NCBI RefSeq assembly: GCF_006345805.1
Contig: NC_043015.1
Coordinates: forward strand, 22,382,001-22,446,000
Length of the DNA: 64,000 bases
Origin: Octopus sinensis
Taxonomy: Eukaryota
Direction: 5' to 3'
The notes beneath the pieces are model-generated. The model did not search any database. It saw only the letters and a list, made by a program, of their open reading frames with translations, and had not been told where the DNA came from. Position numbers and translations under genes: made by a program. Below, one piece after another: positions 14,791-27,699 of the stretch; the stretch's first letter is position 1, and each line of letters starts with the position of its first letter.

Positions 14791-15602
14791 TTAAGAGCAT
14801 TTTCAGTTCGATTTTTGAGGGGATTCTGCAAAATAATTATCTCTTTTTGAGCTATTTTTTGACACCATTTTCAACTGAGAACTCATTAAAAAGGTACACT
14901 CAAAACTGCTAGAATTTGCCTTTTTCAAGCTTGGTAATTCAAACTTGGTCCAATCGATTCAGGAAATTTTTCTACGAATATGCTCATATTCTGTATTTCG
15001 AAAAACTAAAAAATTGAACGTGTTTTCGCCCCATTTTTCTGTTGCATTCGCGCAAACATGCGCACAGTCACGCGTACAATCCAACATGTTGCGTGAACAC
15101 AACTCAAAGCAATGGTATATGACATCAACTCGCTCGCAGAAAATGCGGGCCTTTGTTATCGAAATAGAGGCTTGAAACTTACTCTGGCCACAACTACACC
15201 ACACCTTCTATAGGTGTGCAAATTTTCAACTCGATCCTAGCACGTCTAGTACCATTGAATCCTTTGGAATTTTTGAAAAGTAAAAATTTTGCATTATGTA
15301 GCTTGTTATTCTCTTTAAGTGAAATTTTTTCTGGTTGAAATACACCAAAAATTTGCGACGCAGCAGTCAAAAAATCGTAAAAAATAGGGATTTTCATACA
15401 AAAAAAATGCACCTTTTCGATGTAAATAATTTTTGGTGTTAACATGGTCCGATTTGAATTTTTTCTTCTACGGAAGGAAGAGCAAGCCTTCTATCATACT
15501 CTCAATTTTGGTCAACTTGCGCCCCAGGGTCTTGGAGGAGATAGTGTTAGTTGAAGGCTCCCAAACCTGCCATGCACAGACAACTTCAGATTTTTATATA
15601 GA
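14791..15602 (-). mobile_element. Helitron-like segment (5' end TCTATATAAAAATC)
   Basis: Shares AATTTTCAACTCGATCCTAGCACGTCTAGT.CCATTGAATCCTT (15221-15263) with 14701-14743; TC 5' end at 15602. Confidence 0.55.
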
Positions 15603-16903
15603 CTACTCGTAACCCGTTGGGTCACCGGAAAAGTCAGTTTCCCAGCAACAGAGCTTTGTTTCGTGGGGGTTTTTCTTCTTTTTCCAGATTATTTTGCACG
15701 CTTTCAACGAAGGTGACTTCGATACCACGAGTAAGCAACTCCTTTCCCCAGAAAAGAAAAGATTTGGCTGCTATTTCTTGCACGCTCTGCTACCACATAA
15801 CAGGTACTTCGGGTCCTTTATCGCAAATAGCGGTTACGTGGTAGCGGGGCGTGCCAGAAATAGCAGTCAATTATTTGGAAGTGAGATACGTTGAATGCAC
15901 TCGGAAAAAACCTATGGAAAAAAATTTCACACTGAGGTTACGAACAGGTCTTTTAGGAAATATTTACGCCAAAATGAATTTTTATAATGGTATTCACTTG
16001 AAAATAAGTTTTAAAAACCATTGAAATATTGTCCATTCAAAGAAAACTAAAATATAAATACTTATTGTACAAACAACTTACATTTTTGAAATCACATTCA
16101 CTTAAAAATATTACTAAATGATTAGGCACTGGACCGTGCGACTGTTTACATAAGATCGTCACTTTTCGTAAAATTTTAATTTTTTAATATATGTGGGGTG
16201 GGGGGAAGGGTATCTTTTCCAGTGGAGATAAAAGCCAGACAGATAGAGCGCGAAATTATTTTGAAGTTGGCGTTCCGTTTGTGTGTGTGTGAAGTCGGGA
16301 AAGTGATTGGTCGCTTCCGTCCTTGTCAAGGGGCGTGCATGTGTTTGTGAGGGAGAAAGAGAGACAGAGAGATAGCGTATGTGTGTGTGTGTGTGTGTTT
16401 GATGGGGCGTGCGATATGGGCGAGAGAGCTAACTTAAATTTTGTTATTCACTTGTTACAGTGAGAGAAAATGTTAGTGAGTAACAGAGAAAAGGAGAGAG
16501 GGGTTATGTATGTTGGCGGGGGGTTTCCATTAGAAAAGTTTGCCAGAGAGAGGCTGGGGGCGAAAGAGCGACAGAGAGACAGCGAATACGGAGAGAGAAA
16601 GAGAGTGAGTAGAAGCTGTGGAAAGCCGTTATAGAGATAAAGAGGGGGAAGGGTGAAAGAGAGATATGAAAGAAGAAAGGGTGATAACCATTAGAGAGAA
16701 ACAACAAACACTTGTCAATTTTCACTCGCTTTGCCATAGCAACCACATCTTTATAGATTGCGAATTTTAACCATCACAGGTCGGATCGTCACCACGCATT
16801 TAGTATCCCTGCCAGTTTTCAACTCGATCCTTGCACGTGTAGTGCCATTGAATCCTTACCAAAGCCAAAATGTCAAGTTTTTTTCCTCTTTTATATAGGT
16901 ACA
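15603..16903 (-). mobile_element. Helitron-like element abutting the previous one head-to-tail
   Basis: 16725-16903 is a diverged copy of 14610-14790 (same 5' end); the 3' end CCGGTGACCCAACGGGTTACGAGTAG joins directly to the TC of the neighbour. Confidence 0.55.
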
Positions 16904-16905
16904 TA

Positions 16906-16936
<31 letters not shown>

Positions 16937-16937
16937 C

Positions 16938-17185
16938 GGTGAAAATAGTAGAGGTCGTGCCTATAATTATTAGTTCGTTGGGAACAGTAAGCCTAGACAT
17001 AGACAAAACGGCTGAAGTAGATTGAAATACAAAATTTGTCTCTAAGGGACTGCAAGGATTATCAGGAGTGTTCTAAGCAGAGTTGAAAAACTGCTGAAAG
17101 CATGTGACACCAAAGGTTACATATAATAACATGCTACCCACATAAATCCTACGGGAACAAAACCGAGCCTAAGCCAAAGGAATAT
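16938..17185 (+). mobile_element. Degraded R4-like LINE 3' end
   Basis: Peptides VEVVPIIISSLGTVS and GTARIIRSVL; followed by (TAA)n. Confidence 0.6.
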
Positions 17186-17268
<83 letters not shown>

Positions 17269-19327
17269 GAAGAAATGCCTCAGTATGGCCTGGACTGACT
17301 ACAAAGAGGCGTTTGATAGCATTCCCCACACATGGATCCTCGAAACACTAGCCATTAACAAAGTAGCACCAACCCTTATAAAATTCATAGGGCACTCTAT
17401 GAATAAACGGCAAACCGTGCTACAGCTCCAAACAAAAGAGGGACTCATGAAAACCAAATCTATCCCCATTAGAAGAGGAATATTCCAGGGAGACACGCTC
17501 TCTCCACTTCTTTTCTGCTTGGCACTGTCACCTCTATCTGATATGCTAAATAGAACTGGATGCGGATATAAATGTTACGGCAAAATGATCAGCCACCTTT
17601 TATATATGGATGACCTAAAGCTATACGCTGCAAATGACAAACAGCTGGAAACACTATTAAAGACAGTTCATGGATTTACCAAAGAAATAGAAATGAAATT
17701 TGGATTAGAAAAATGCGCCAAAGTAACCATGAAAAGAGGAAAACTAGTTAAAAGTAGTAACATCACACTATATAAACCCAATGAAATAAAAGAATTAGAC
17801 TAAAGCCAAACTCACAAATACTTAGGAATCCATGAACTAGATAAGACACAGCACACACAAATGAAAGAGAAAATAAAAAAAGAATATTATAGACGAGTTG
17901 GATCAATACTAAAACCAGAGCTCAATGCTAAAAACAAGATAACAGGTATTAACACTTTAGCTGTCCCAGTTATAAGTTACAGCTACAATATCCTTAACTG
18001 GACACTAAATGAACTGACCAAAATAGATATGAAAACAAGAAAAATAATGACAGGATCTAGGATGCATCACCCAAAATCTGACATAGAAAGACTATATATA
18101 CAACGTATAGAAGGTGGTAGAGATCTTATACAGCTGGAAAACTACTATAAAATAACCACCATAGGACTGCAAAAATATCTACTTCAGAAGGAAGGAAAAC
18201 TGATACAAATAGCAGCAAAACACGAACAAAACAAAAAACTGTTCTCAGTATTTAAGGAAGCTGACAAATACAAACAAGAAATCATACCACCTAATAAATA
18301 TGAAGAAGAAGAAGAAGAAGAAGAAGAAGAAGAAGAAGAAGAAGAAGAAGAAGAAGAAGAAGAAGAAGAAGAAGAAGAAGAAGAAGAAGAAGAAGAAACA
18401 ACAAAAGCTATAAAACAAATGAAATCCAAACTAAAAACAGAACAGCAACGAACCATGATAAAACGATGGCAAGAAAAGACCCTTCATGGTAAATAATGGA
18501 CTAAACTAAACGCAAAAGAAATAGACAAAGAAAATTCCCAGCAATGGTTGAGAAGCTCAGGACTCAAAGCAGAGACAGAGGGATTTTTAATTGCAGCACA
18601 AGACCAAAGCCTCCCCACCAGAAATTACCAAAAACATGTAATGAAAAGAAATATAACAAGTAACTGCAGAATATGTGGAGATGGACACGAAACAATAAAT
18701 CATATTATCTCTGGCTGCCCAGTCCTGGCTAAGAAGGAATATATTAACAGACATGACATAGTTGGAATCTACATACACTGGAAGCTATGCCAACATTATG
18801 GAATAGCAACAGAAAAAAGATGGTATAGGCACACACCAGAAAAGGTCACAGAAAACGAGAAAGCAACCATACTCTGGGATATGCCGATACACACATATAG
18901 AGAAATTAAGGCCAACAGACCAGATATAGTTGTCAGAGATCATGAAGAAAAAAAAATGCTTTCTAATTGATGTATCAATACCGACAGGTGACAACGTGTC
19001 TCTAAAAGAAATGGAGAAACTTTCAAAATACAAAGACCTGGAATTAGAGGTAACCCGAATGTGGAATCTAGATACAAAGACAATTCCTATCATAGTAGGT
19101 GCATTAGGCATGATAAAAAAATATTCAGACATAACAAAAACACCAGGACTTACAAACACATATAACATACAGAAAATTGCACTACTAGGCACTGCACACA
19201 TCCTACGCAGAACACTTTCCATACAATAACCATAAGAGCATCACAACAAATCACAGCACATACCCAAGGCACACAGAGCTGCGCTCGGTAGTGAAGTGAA
19301 AGCACGCTATAAAAATAAAACTACTGA
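17269..19327 (+). mobile_element. 5'-truncated R4/Dong-clade non-LTR retrotransposon (RT plus restriction-like endonuclease), pseudogenised
   Basis: RT motifs DYKEAFDS, GIFQGDTLSP, YMDDLKLY, FGLEKC; CCHC finger CRICGDGHETINHIISGC, RHD, NRPDIVV..LIDVSIP, KYKDL; stops at 17801 and 18494, frameshift near 18955; flanked on both sides by (TAA)n. Confidence 0.95.
18302..18397 (+). repeat. In-frame (GAA)n tract (about 32 Glu) inside the LINE ORF
   Basis: Pure GAA run translated as poly-E in ORF 17861-18496. Confidence 0.95.
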
Positions 19328-19355
19328 ATAACAATAATAATAATAATAATAATAA

Positions 19356-19411
<56 letters not shown>

Positions 19412-19413
<2 letters not shown>

Positions 19414-20650
19414 TGGTAAAAAGATTAGCTAACGCCAACATTCCCACAAAAAGTCTACTTAACAAGAGAGCATTCAACACCAAATGCAGCGACTTAGATC
19501 TGACATAGAATGTGTAGAAAACATTAAGTTTGACAAGACTATGAGCACAACAAAAATCTGAGATTTAAAGAAAAATATATATGTAAACAGTTATTGACAT
19601 CGATACCACTACAGAATCAACCAAGCAAAAGGTGTGCTAAAGCTGCACGCATAGCAAGGTGTGAAAAGCGCGTTAGATTCCTCAAGGACAACATGTTCAA
19701 AAATAATCCCAAAATATTTGTTGGAAGATAGGGTAAATACCAGTTATAGTAAAGTTTGTCCCATCAAAAGGAGTGCAGGAATGTTCGAATACAATTTGGG
19801 CAGTAAAAATAATACACAACGAAAGGGCCCTTGGATTGATAGACTATCTACAGACTTAGACTCTTTAGAAGAACTAATGTAGGAGTGTATCAAGGTAGAG
19901 GATGTTAGATCTGCTCGGGGGAATCACGCCAATGGAAGTCTCCAGGAAAGGATAAAATTCCAAACTTCTGTTTGACTGCCTACCCAGGGAGCCATGAACT
20001 GCTAACAAAACATTTTTGCAACAATGGCTAGCTAATGGTGTAACATTCCTACTTCAGAAAAATGAAGAAAAAAATGACCTAAGAAAATTATGACCCATGG
20101 CCTACTTAACAACATTGTATAAAATACTGACATTTGTCTTAACTGAATATACCTATATATTTTTTTTTAGTAGAAACTGGCATATTCCCTAATGAGCAAA
20201 AAAGATGTAAACGTGGGTCCCATGGTTGAAATTATCAGCTACTCATCAATAAGATGAACTTGGAAGATTGTCACAAACAACATAAAAGCTTGAATAGACT
20301 ATAAAAATTGTTTTGATAGTCTACCATATAACTGGATTAAGAAATGTCTGGAAATGTATAAAATAGCACCTACTCTACAAAACATCTTATCTGTAACTAT
20401 GAGATCATGGAGAACCACACTGACTTTGAATAGTGACAATGAAGCTCCTCGTGTTGGAGATAAAATAATTCCATGTGGCATTTTCCAGGGTGAATATCTA
20501 TCACCACTATTCTTTTGTTTAGCCTTAATACCTCTCTCGAAACTGCACAATGATTTACAATATGGTTATATAATGTTTGATAAAAACATAAACCATCTTA
20601 TTTCCATGGAAGATTTAAAGCTCTTTGCAAAAGATAACTAGCAACTACAG
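19412..20650 (+). mobile_element. Older, degraded R4-like LINE RT fragment
   Basis: SPGKDKIPNF, IFPNEQK, QLLINKM, FDSLP, GIFQGEYLSPLFFCLALIPLS, NHLISMEDLKLFAK with multiple frameshifts. Confidence 0.85.
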
Positions 20651-20699
20651 TCATAATAATATACGAATGACGACAAACTTATTCTCACCGGTGGGCATT

Positions 20700-20880
20700 C
20701 CAATAACCCCAGTTATATTCTGTTTACGTCCCGTAACATAGCGATTCAGTGATAAGATACAATGGAATAAGTACTGGACATGAAAATATATTCTATTGGT
20801 ATTATTGAGTTCGATTGAACATTTCAAGGCTATACTCCAGCATGGTCGTACAACTCTGAGTGACACAAGTACAAGATAAA
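20700..20880 (+). mobile_element. 3' half of SINE family A (degraded)
   Basis: TGTTTACGTCCCGTAACATAGCGATTC...AATAAGTACTGG...CTCCAGCATGGTCG...GACACAAGTA matches the reverse complement of 23740-23885. Confidence 0.65.
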
Positions 20881-21025
20881 GACATATCCAGAGCATGCAT
20901 ACATAGCTGCATGCAGACACCCACATATATACATACATACGTACGTATATACATAAATACATGCATACATACATACATACATACATACATACATACATAC
21001 ATACATACATACATACATACATACA

Positions 21026-21057
<32 letters not shown>

Positions 21058-21916
21058 AAGCAATCGTGAGAAATAAGGCTTCTCAAAACCAGAAAGGAGA
21101 AAGTAAATTCGAAGACTATAGATCCAATTCATCACAGGAACTGTAAAAATCAGTAAAACTTTCCAAAAGTTTTCATTTAAATATATATGAGCATGTCTAG
21201 ATATGTAACTATATGCAAGAGAATACACATGTAAAACATACAAATCTTCGCGTGCATACATTCATGCACATATATATGCATGCATACATATATACATGCA
21301 TACATATATACATTCAAAAATACTCTGTTGTTGATGTTGAAATTCCACTGAAGAAACCTTGAGTCTAGGTTAGAAACCTGTTCTTTCTCTATTGGCAAGA
21401 AATCTTGAAATAAACCGAATAATCACATACATACATACACGTATGCATACATATATACATGCAGAAATGCATATATCAATACATACACACGAAGACGCAC
21501 ATATAGATGTATGTTTGTTTATATAAATTTGAACGACAATGAGTAATATTAAATATTGAATTTATATATATTTAGCGTACACTTAGAGGTGTCTACTTTT
21601 CTATAGATATAATATTTGTAAGTATTAAGATTTGAATATAAATGAAATATGATAAAATATACAAATATGGCCCGGAAGTTAGTATCTTAATTGGAATTAT
21701 TGTTTCATAACGAAATGATAGAGAATATGGAGCCTGCGGCATGTGATAGCAGAGACGTAGAGTTTTGGTGCGCCTGTAAAACGACACATGAGTTATAGAG
21801 ATATAAATGCATCGGAGCATAATTGTAAGTAAACACATATCTACACACGCTTACAGAGATGTTCAGATATAATAACCACCTACACATGTATCTATCTTCT
21901 TACACCAATCTCTCTA

Positions 21917-21984
<68 letters not shown>

Positions 21985-21994
21985 ACTATCTATA

Positions 21995-22025
<31 letters not shown>

Positions 22026-22610
22026 ATATCTATCTATCTATCTATCTATCTAGCTAGCTAGCTGGCTAGTTACGTATATATATTATACATAAATGCATAG
22101 ATATAGAGACAGAGAGATAGACAGGTAGATATATAAACAGATAGATAAAGAGCGATAAATGAAGGAATATCAGCTACAATGATTTATATACCATATTTAT
22201 GGAAGATAATTAATGAATCACATACGAATTCTCTGAGATGTTTCTTCAGGTTACGCGGAACTTGTTATGAATAAGTTTACCATCTCCTTAAAGTTGACAC
22301 ACGTTCACACCCGCGCGAGCGCGTGCACACAGAAGCACACGCACGTTCTAAAATACACACATACATTTCAAGAATACCATTACACTAACGAAAGACCTTA
22401 TTTATTTACATATATATATATAACTGATTTTGTATCTCTCAATATTTCTAATTACTCTTTTCCTCTTGCTAACTGTTCCTTTTTCTCTTCCCATCTTCCT
22501 CTCTATATCACACGGTCTAATATATTATATTAGAGGAAAAAGTAAAACCAGGCAGAATGTGTATCTTAAGTCATTTAGAATAATGTAATTAGAGTAATTT
22601 GAATTTTAAG

Positions 22611-22683
22611 TCTTACAGCTGTTTCTGGGATACCCAAGTAGTTGGTTATCATGTCCATGCACTGGGTATTCCATCATCAAAGA
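22611..22683 (-). ncRNA. Minimal hammerhead ribozyme-like motif of Penelope pLTR type (C3U change)
   Basis: Minus strand TCT-TTGATGA-TGGAATACCCAGT...ACTTGGGTATCCCA-GAAA-CAGCTG-TA-AGA: long stem II, palindromic ACAGCTGT stem III, GUA site. Confidence 0.7.
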
Positions 22684-23004
22684 TAAGTTATGAATATTTT
22701 AGACGGAAAAATTTACAGTTTACAAGGAATAAAATACGAAGGAATAAAATAGAAGAATAAAGTAGTAAAATAGAAGAATAAAGAGAAAAAGTAGTTAGAA
22801 GAATACATACAAGAAAATGATGTTTACAACTCATCTTTTTTTCCAGAGGATTTGGATGTTGGTCGCTACTTCTCTGAAGATAATTCCATGCGGTATTTTG
22901 GCAGTATTCTAAATGAAGTATTCATATTGTAAATGTGTATATAGAGCGAGAATGTATGATGGACATAAATGGGTTTTGTGAGTGAGCATATGCAAGAGAG
23001 AGCA

Positions 23005-23035
<31 letters not shown>

Positions 23036-23547
23036 AAGGAGAAAGAGAGAAAGAGAGATAGGAGAAAGGATTAGAAAATGAGAATAAAATAAAAAACAAA
23101 AATTAGAAATAACGGTATTAATGAATATATAAATAAAAAATATATAATAATTATAAAACTAATAAAAAATGTAATGACCGATATATCATAAATGGGTTTT
23201 GTGAATGTGTGTACATGGGAGAAAGGAGAAAGGGAATAAAAATAAGATACATGTAACAGGGTAAAAAATAGGATAACAATAAATAGATAAATGTAAAGGT
23301 AACGATATAGATATGTCAGATTTTATGGGTCAAACGTTAAACTTTCTGTTGAGTAAGGGAAATGGAAGGCCAATGTAGGTAAAGACAATGGTTTAGTGCA
23401 GATATTTAGAATTGAATTTCAAGGTTCATAACCATTAAATTGTGTGCGATAAAGGTTTAAGAATTAAAATTTAAAATCTCATCTTAAAATTACAAACTGA
23501 GATACTTATATTGATAAAGAGGTAGGGGAAAAAGAAGACAGTGTATC

Positions 23548-23593
<46 letters not shown>

Positions 23594-23716
23594 CACATAC
23601 ATATAGACAGGCATATATAGATAGATACACACATATACACACATGCACATACATATACAAGAATACATACATTCACACGCACGAACACACACACTCATAT
23701 ATATATACATATATAT

Positions 23717-24080
23717 CTTTCTTTTTCTTTTTCTTTTTCCTTGTTTCAGTCATTTTGACTGCGGCCATGCAGGAGCACCGCCTTTTAGTCGAGCAACTCG
23801 ACCCCGGGACTTATACTTTTGGTAAGCCCAGTACTTATTCTATCGGTATCTTTTGCCGAACCGCTAAGTAACGGGGACATAAACACACCAGCATCGGTTG
23901 TCAAACAATGCTAGGGGGACAAACACAGACACACACATATATATATACGACGGGCTTCTTTCAGTTTCCGTCTACCAAATCCACTCACAAGGCATTGGTC
24001 GGCCCGGGGCTATAGCAGAAGACACTTGCCCAAGGTGCCATGTGGTTGGTAAGCAAGCTACTTACCACACAGCCACTCCT
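23717..24080 (-). mobile_element. tRNA-derived SINE family A lacking the B-box segment
   Basis: Minus strand AGGAGTGGCTGTGTGGTAAG (A box)...CACATGGCACCTTGGGCAAGTGTCTTCT; homologous copies at 50.6, 52.5-53.8 and 55.0 kb. Confidence 0.85.
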
Positions 24081-24086
24081 ATATAA

Positions 24087-24143
<57 letters not shown>

Positions 24144-24144
24144 T

Positions 24145-24640
24145 ATGTTGTAATGAACGTGGATGGATGTGTTATGCCTGTTGATTTCATTTACATTTGG
24201 AGCTATGCAAGAATTTAAAGGTGTGATAGTATTGATGATGTGTAGAAAAAAACTTCGTGTTGCTCATTAGTAATTGCGATATATCTGGATGGTTCGGTGG
24301 GCTTGGTGTGGGACCCCGGAATCCATTAAGGTCCACGTTATCCTGGATGGTATCTGTCTGTTTATTAGATGGTGTGTATGGTTGACTAGGGATGTAGATT
24401 TGCTATGCTCCTCGTGCTTTATATGTGCAGAATATCTCTTTTAAAAATTAGTAGTTGACCAAATATAGTAGTTAGTAGTATTATGCGATGTATTGTGGAC
24501 CGTATATTTGTACGCCACGTTAAATCTTCTGCAGCAGGCTTGCAAAGGGCATTCGGTCACGGAAAGAGAGGATGCATTACCATTTATGGAGAAATTAGAA
24601 TTAAGAGTGCTGTTTGGGGATTGGCTCGTATTATGATTAT
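24145..24640 (-). pseudogene. Penelope-like element GIY-YIG endonuclease remnant
   Basis: CPLQACCRRFNVAYKYTV...NYYIWSTTNF*KRYSAHIKHEEHSKSTSLVNH fits the PLE pattern CPLxGxC..NVVYKATV..YIGxT..FKxRY..H...STxLSxH. Confidence 0.75.
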
Positions 24641-24645
24641 TGTTA

Positions 24646-24695
<50 letters not shown>

Positions 24696-25350
24696 GAGTG
24701 AGCGAGCAGAGCATGCCATCAAAGTGACACTGGGGTAAAATATACGAAGCCCAGTATACCCATCATGACTACCCGTCTGATAAGGGTACACCAGGCACAT
24801 GCATCACAACCATATGTGCGCGACATGGTGATCTCATATCAAGATAAACAGCACATGACCTTGCAGGTGGAGCCCAGTTAGAATTTTCTTCAGATCGAGT
24901 AACCCATCCCGCTCAAAAGGTCCCTGAATAAGGGTTGTTTAAGGACGTTGAACGAAACACCCATGTTTCCAGAGGTGAATTATTCAAACCCCAAAGAATC
25001 CTTCTCAACACATGGCTATGATGCTCCCCCACTACTTCTGCTCGTGATCAGAGATGCCCATATCATCAGCCACTAAGGGACATGCTCAACTGGTTAAGGT
25101 CAAACAACTGACAATCAAATCTGTGGTATTGAGCAGAATATTTGCTGTAGCCCATCTTTTAAACCAAGACAAAACAATGTACATGATAACACTTCCAATC
25201 AGTAAGATCAGAAGCCATGAGAGCCACTGCCTGGTACTGCATCAGGGCATAGTTAAGATCAGAAGCCATGAGAGCCACTGCCTGTGTTAAGATCAGAAGC
25301 CATGAGAGCCACTGCCTGGGTTAAGATCAGAAGCCATGAGAGCCACTGCC

Positions 25351-25425
<75 letters not shown>

Positions 25426-26079
25426 GTGAGCGAGCAGAGCATGCCATCAAAGTGACACTGGGGTAAAATATACGAAGCCCAGTATACCCATCATGACTAC
25501 CCGTCTGATAAGGGTACACCAGGCACATGCATCACAACCATATGTGCGCGACATGGTGATCTCATATCAAGATAAACAGCACATGACCTTGCAGGTGGAG
25601 CCCAGTTAGAATTTTCTTCAGATCGAGTAACCCATCCCGCTCAAAAGGTCCCTGAATAAGGGTTGTTTAAGGACGTTGAACGAAACACCCATGTTTCCAG
25701 AGGTGAATTATTCAAACCCCAAAGAATCCTTCTCAACACATGGCTATGATGCTCCCCCACTACTTCTGCTCGTGATCAGAGATGCCCATATCATCAGCCA
25801 CTAAGGGACATGCTCAACTGGTTAAGGTCAAACAACTGACAATCAAATCTGTGGTATTGAGCAGAATATTTGCTGTAGCCCATCTTTTAAACCAAGACAA
25901 AACAATGTACATGATAACACTTCCAATCAGTTAAGATCAGAAGCCATGAGAGCCACTGCCTGGTACTGCATCAGGGCATAGTTAAGATCAGAAGCCATGA
26001 GAGCCACTGCCTGTGTTAAGATCAGAAGCCATGAGAGCCACTGCCTGGGTTAAGATCAGAAGCCATGAGAGCCACTGCC

Positions 26080-26160
<81 letters not shown>

Positions 26161-26628
26161 GTGAGCGAGCAGAGCATGCCATCAAAGTGACACTGGGGTA
26201 AAATATACGAAGCCCAGTATACCCATCATGACTACCCGTCTGATAAGGGTACACCAGGCACATGCATCACAACCATATGTGCGCGACATGGTGATCTCAT
26301 ATCAAGATAAATAGCACATGACCTTGCAGGTGGAGCCCAGTTAGAATTTTCTGCAGATCGAGTAACCCATCCCGCTCAAAAGGTCCTTGAATAAGGGTTG
26401 TTTAAAGACGTTGAACGAAACACCCATGTTTCCAGAGGTGAATTATTCAAACCCCAAAAAATCCTTCTCAACACATGGCTATGATGCTGCCCCACTACTT
26501 CTGCTCGTGATCAGAGATGCACATATCGTCAGCCACTAAGGGACATGCTCAACTGGTTAAGGTCAAACAACTGACAAGCAAATCTGTGGTATTGAGCAGA
26601 ATATTTGCTGTAGCCCATCTTTTATACC
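24696..26628 (-). repeat. Three tandem copies of a about 550-660 bp non-coding retro-element separated by (TTA)n
   Basis: Copies at 24696-25352, 25425-26081 and 26160-26628 (truncated); copies 1 and 2 are nearly identical, each ending in four copies of about 33 bp GTTAAGATCAGAAGCCATGAGAGCCACTGCCTG. Confidence 0.95.
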
Positions 26629-26652
26629 TTATTATTATTATTATTATTATTA

Positions 26653-26711
<59 letters not shown>

Positions 26712-27042
26712 GTAGTAATTACGGTATTATCATAACCAATAACACCAGTTTTAATTGTAGTGGTGTTATTATCGGTCGTACTGATATTATTAATAGTTAT
26801 ATTAGTGGTGGTCCTCTTAGTATCAACAATCACTTCAAATACACTTATACCTTCGTAGGTGAAGGAATGTTTGTATCTTGGCTAATTCTGGCTGTAGTTC
26901 TACCGTTTCGGGTGCGGTGCATCCCACCAATGTTGGTATTAGTGTTTTCGTAGCTTTGATCTATTTAGCTTCTGCTAAATGCTAATAAAATATACATAAA
27001 CTCGTATATTTAGCTCTATTTTTCCTGTTTCCATCAACATAC

Positions 27043-27260
<218 letters not shown>

Positions 27261-27699
27261 ATACTTACATCATGTATTTATAAATGCATTCAATTACTAT
27301 AGGTGATAAAATTTTTGCACATCCACAAACATCGTATGAACTGACATATATGATGGCTATGTAAAATATTCAAACGAATTTGTGATATAAGCTCACAGTA
27401 AGTTTCCCTATTGGTTATTGGCTTTTAAAATGGAAACTTTTCTTAAAATATCTCACATATTATTGTAGCAAACCAGACACACGCAGTCATGCAGAATATG
27501 TATTTATGTATATGTATATATGTACATAGACATAACCAGTAAATAAACACCCTTTAATCGTTAAAATTTATTTAAATCTGAAATTATGCACTCAAATTAT
27601 TAATTAATTGTTATAATGTGAATATTTAATAATTAGTTCGCAAGCCTCTTGTATTTTTCAATGCAAGAACCCTATTAATCATGTTAATGATCAGATGAG

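Noticed and set aside
25030-25075. CTGATGA/CTGACGA on the minus strand within the tandem element
   Set aside because: No properly placed GAAA or stems, so not a hammerhead; an HDV-like fold also could not be built by eye
25202-25352. 33-34 bp direct repeats resembling a CRISPR array
   Set aside because: No unique spacers (units are nearly adjacent), no cas genes, eukaryotic context
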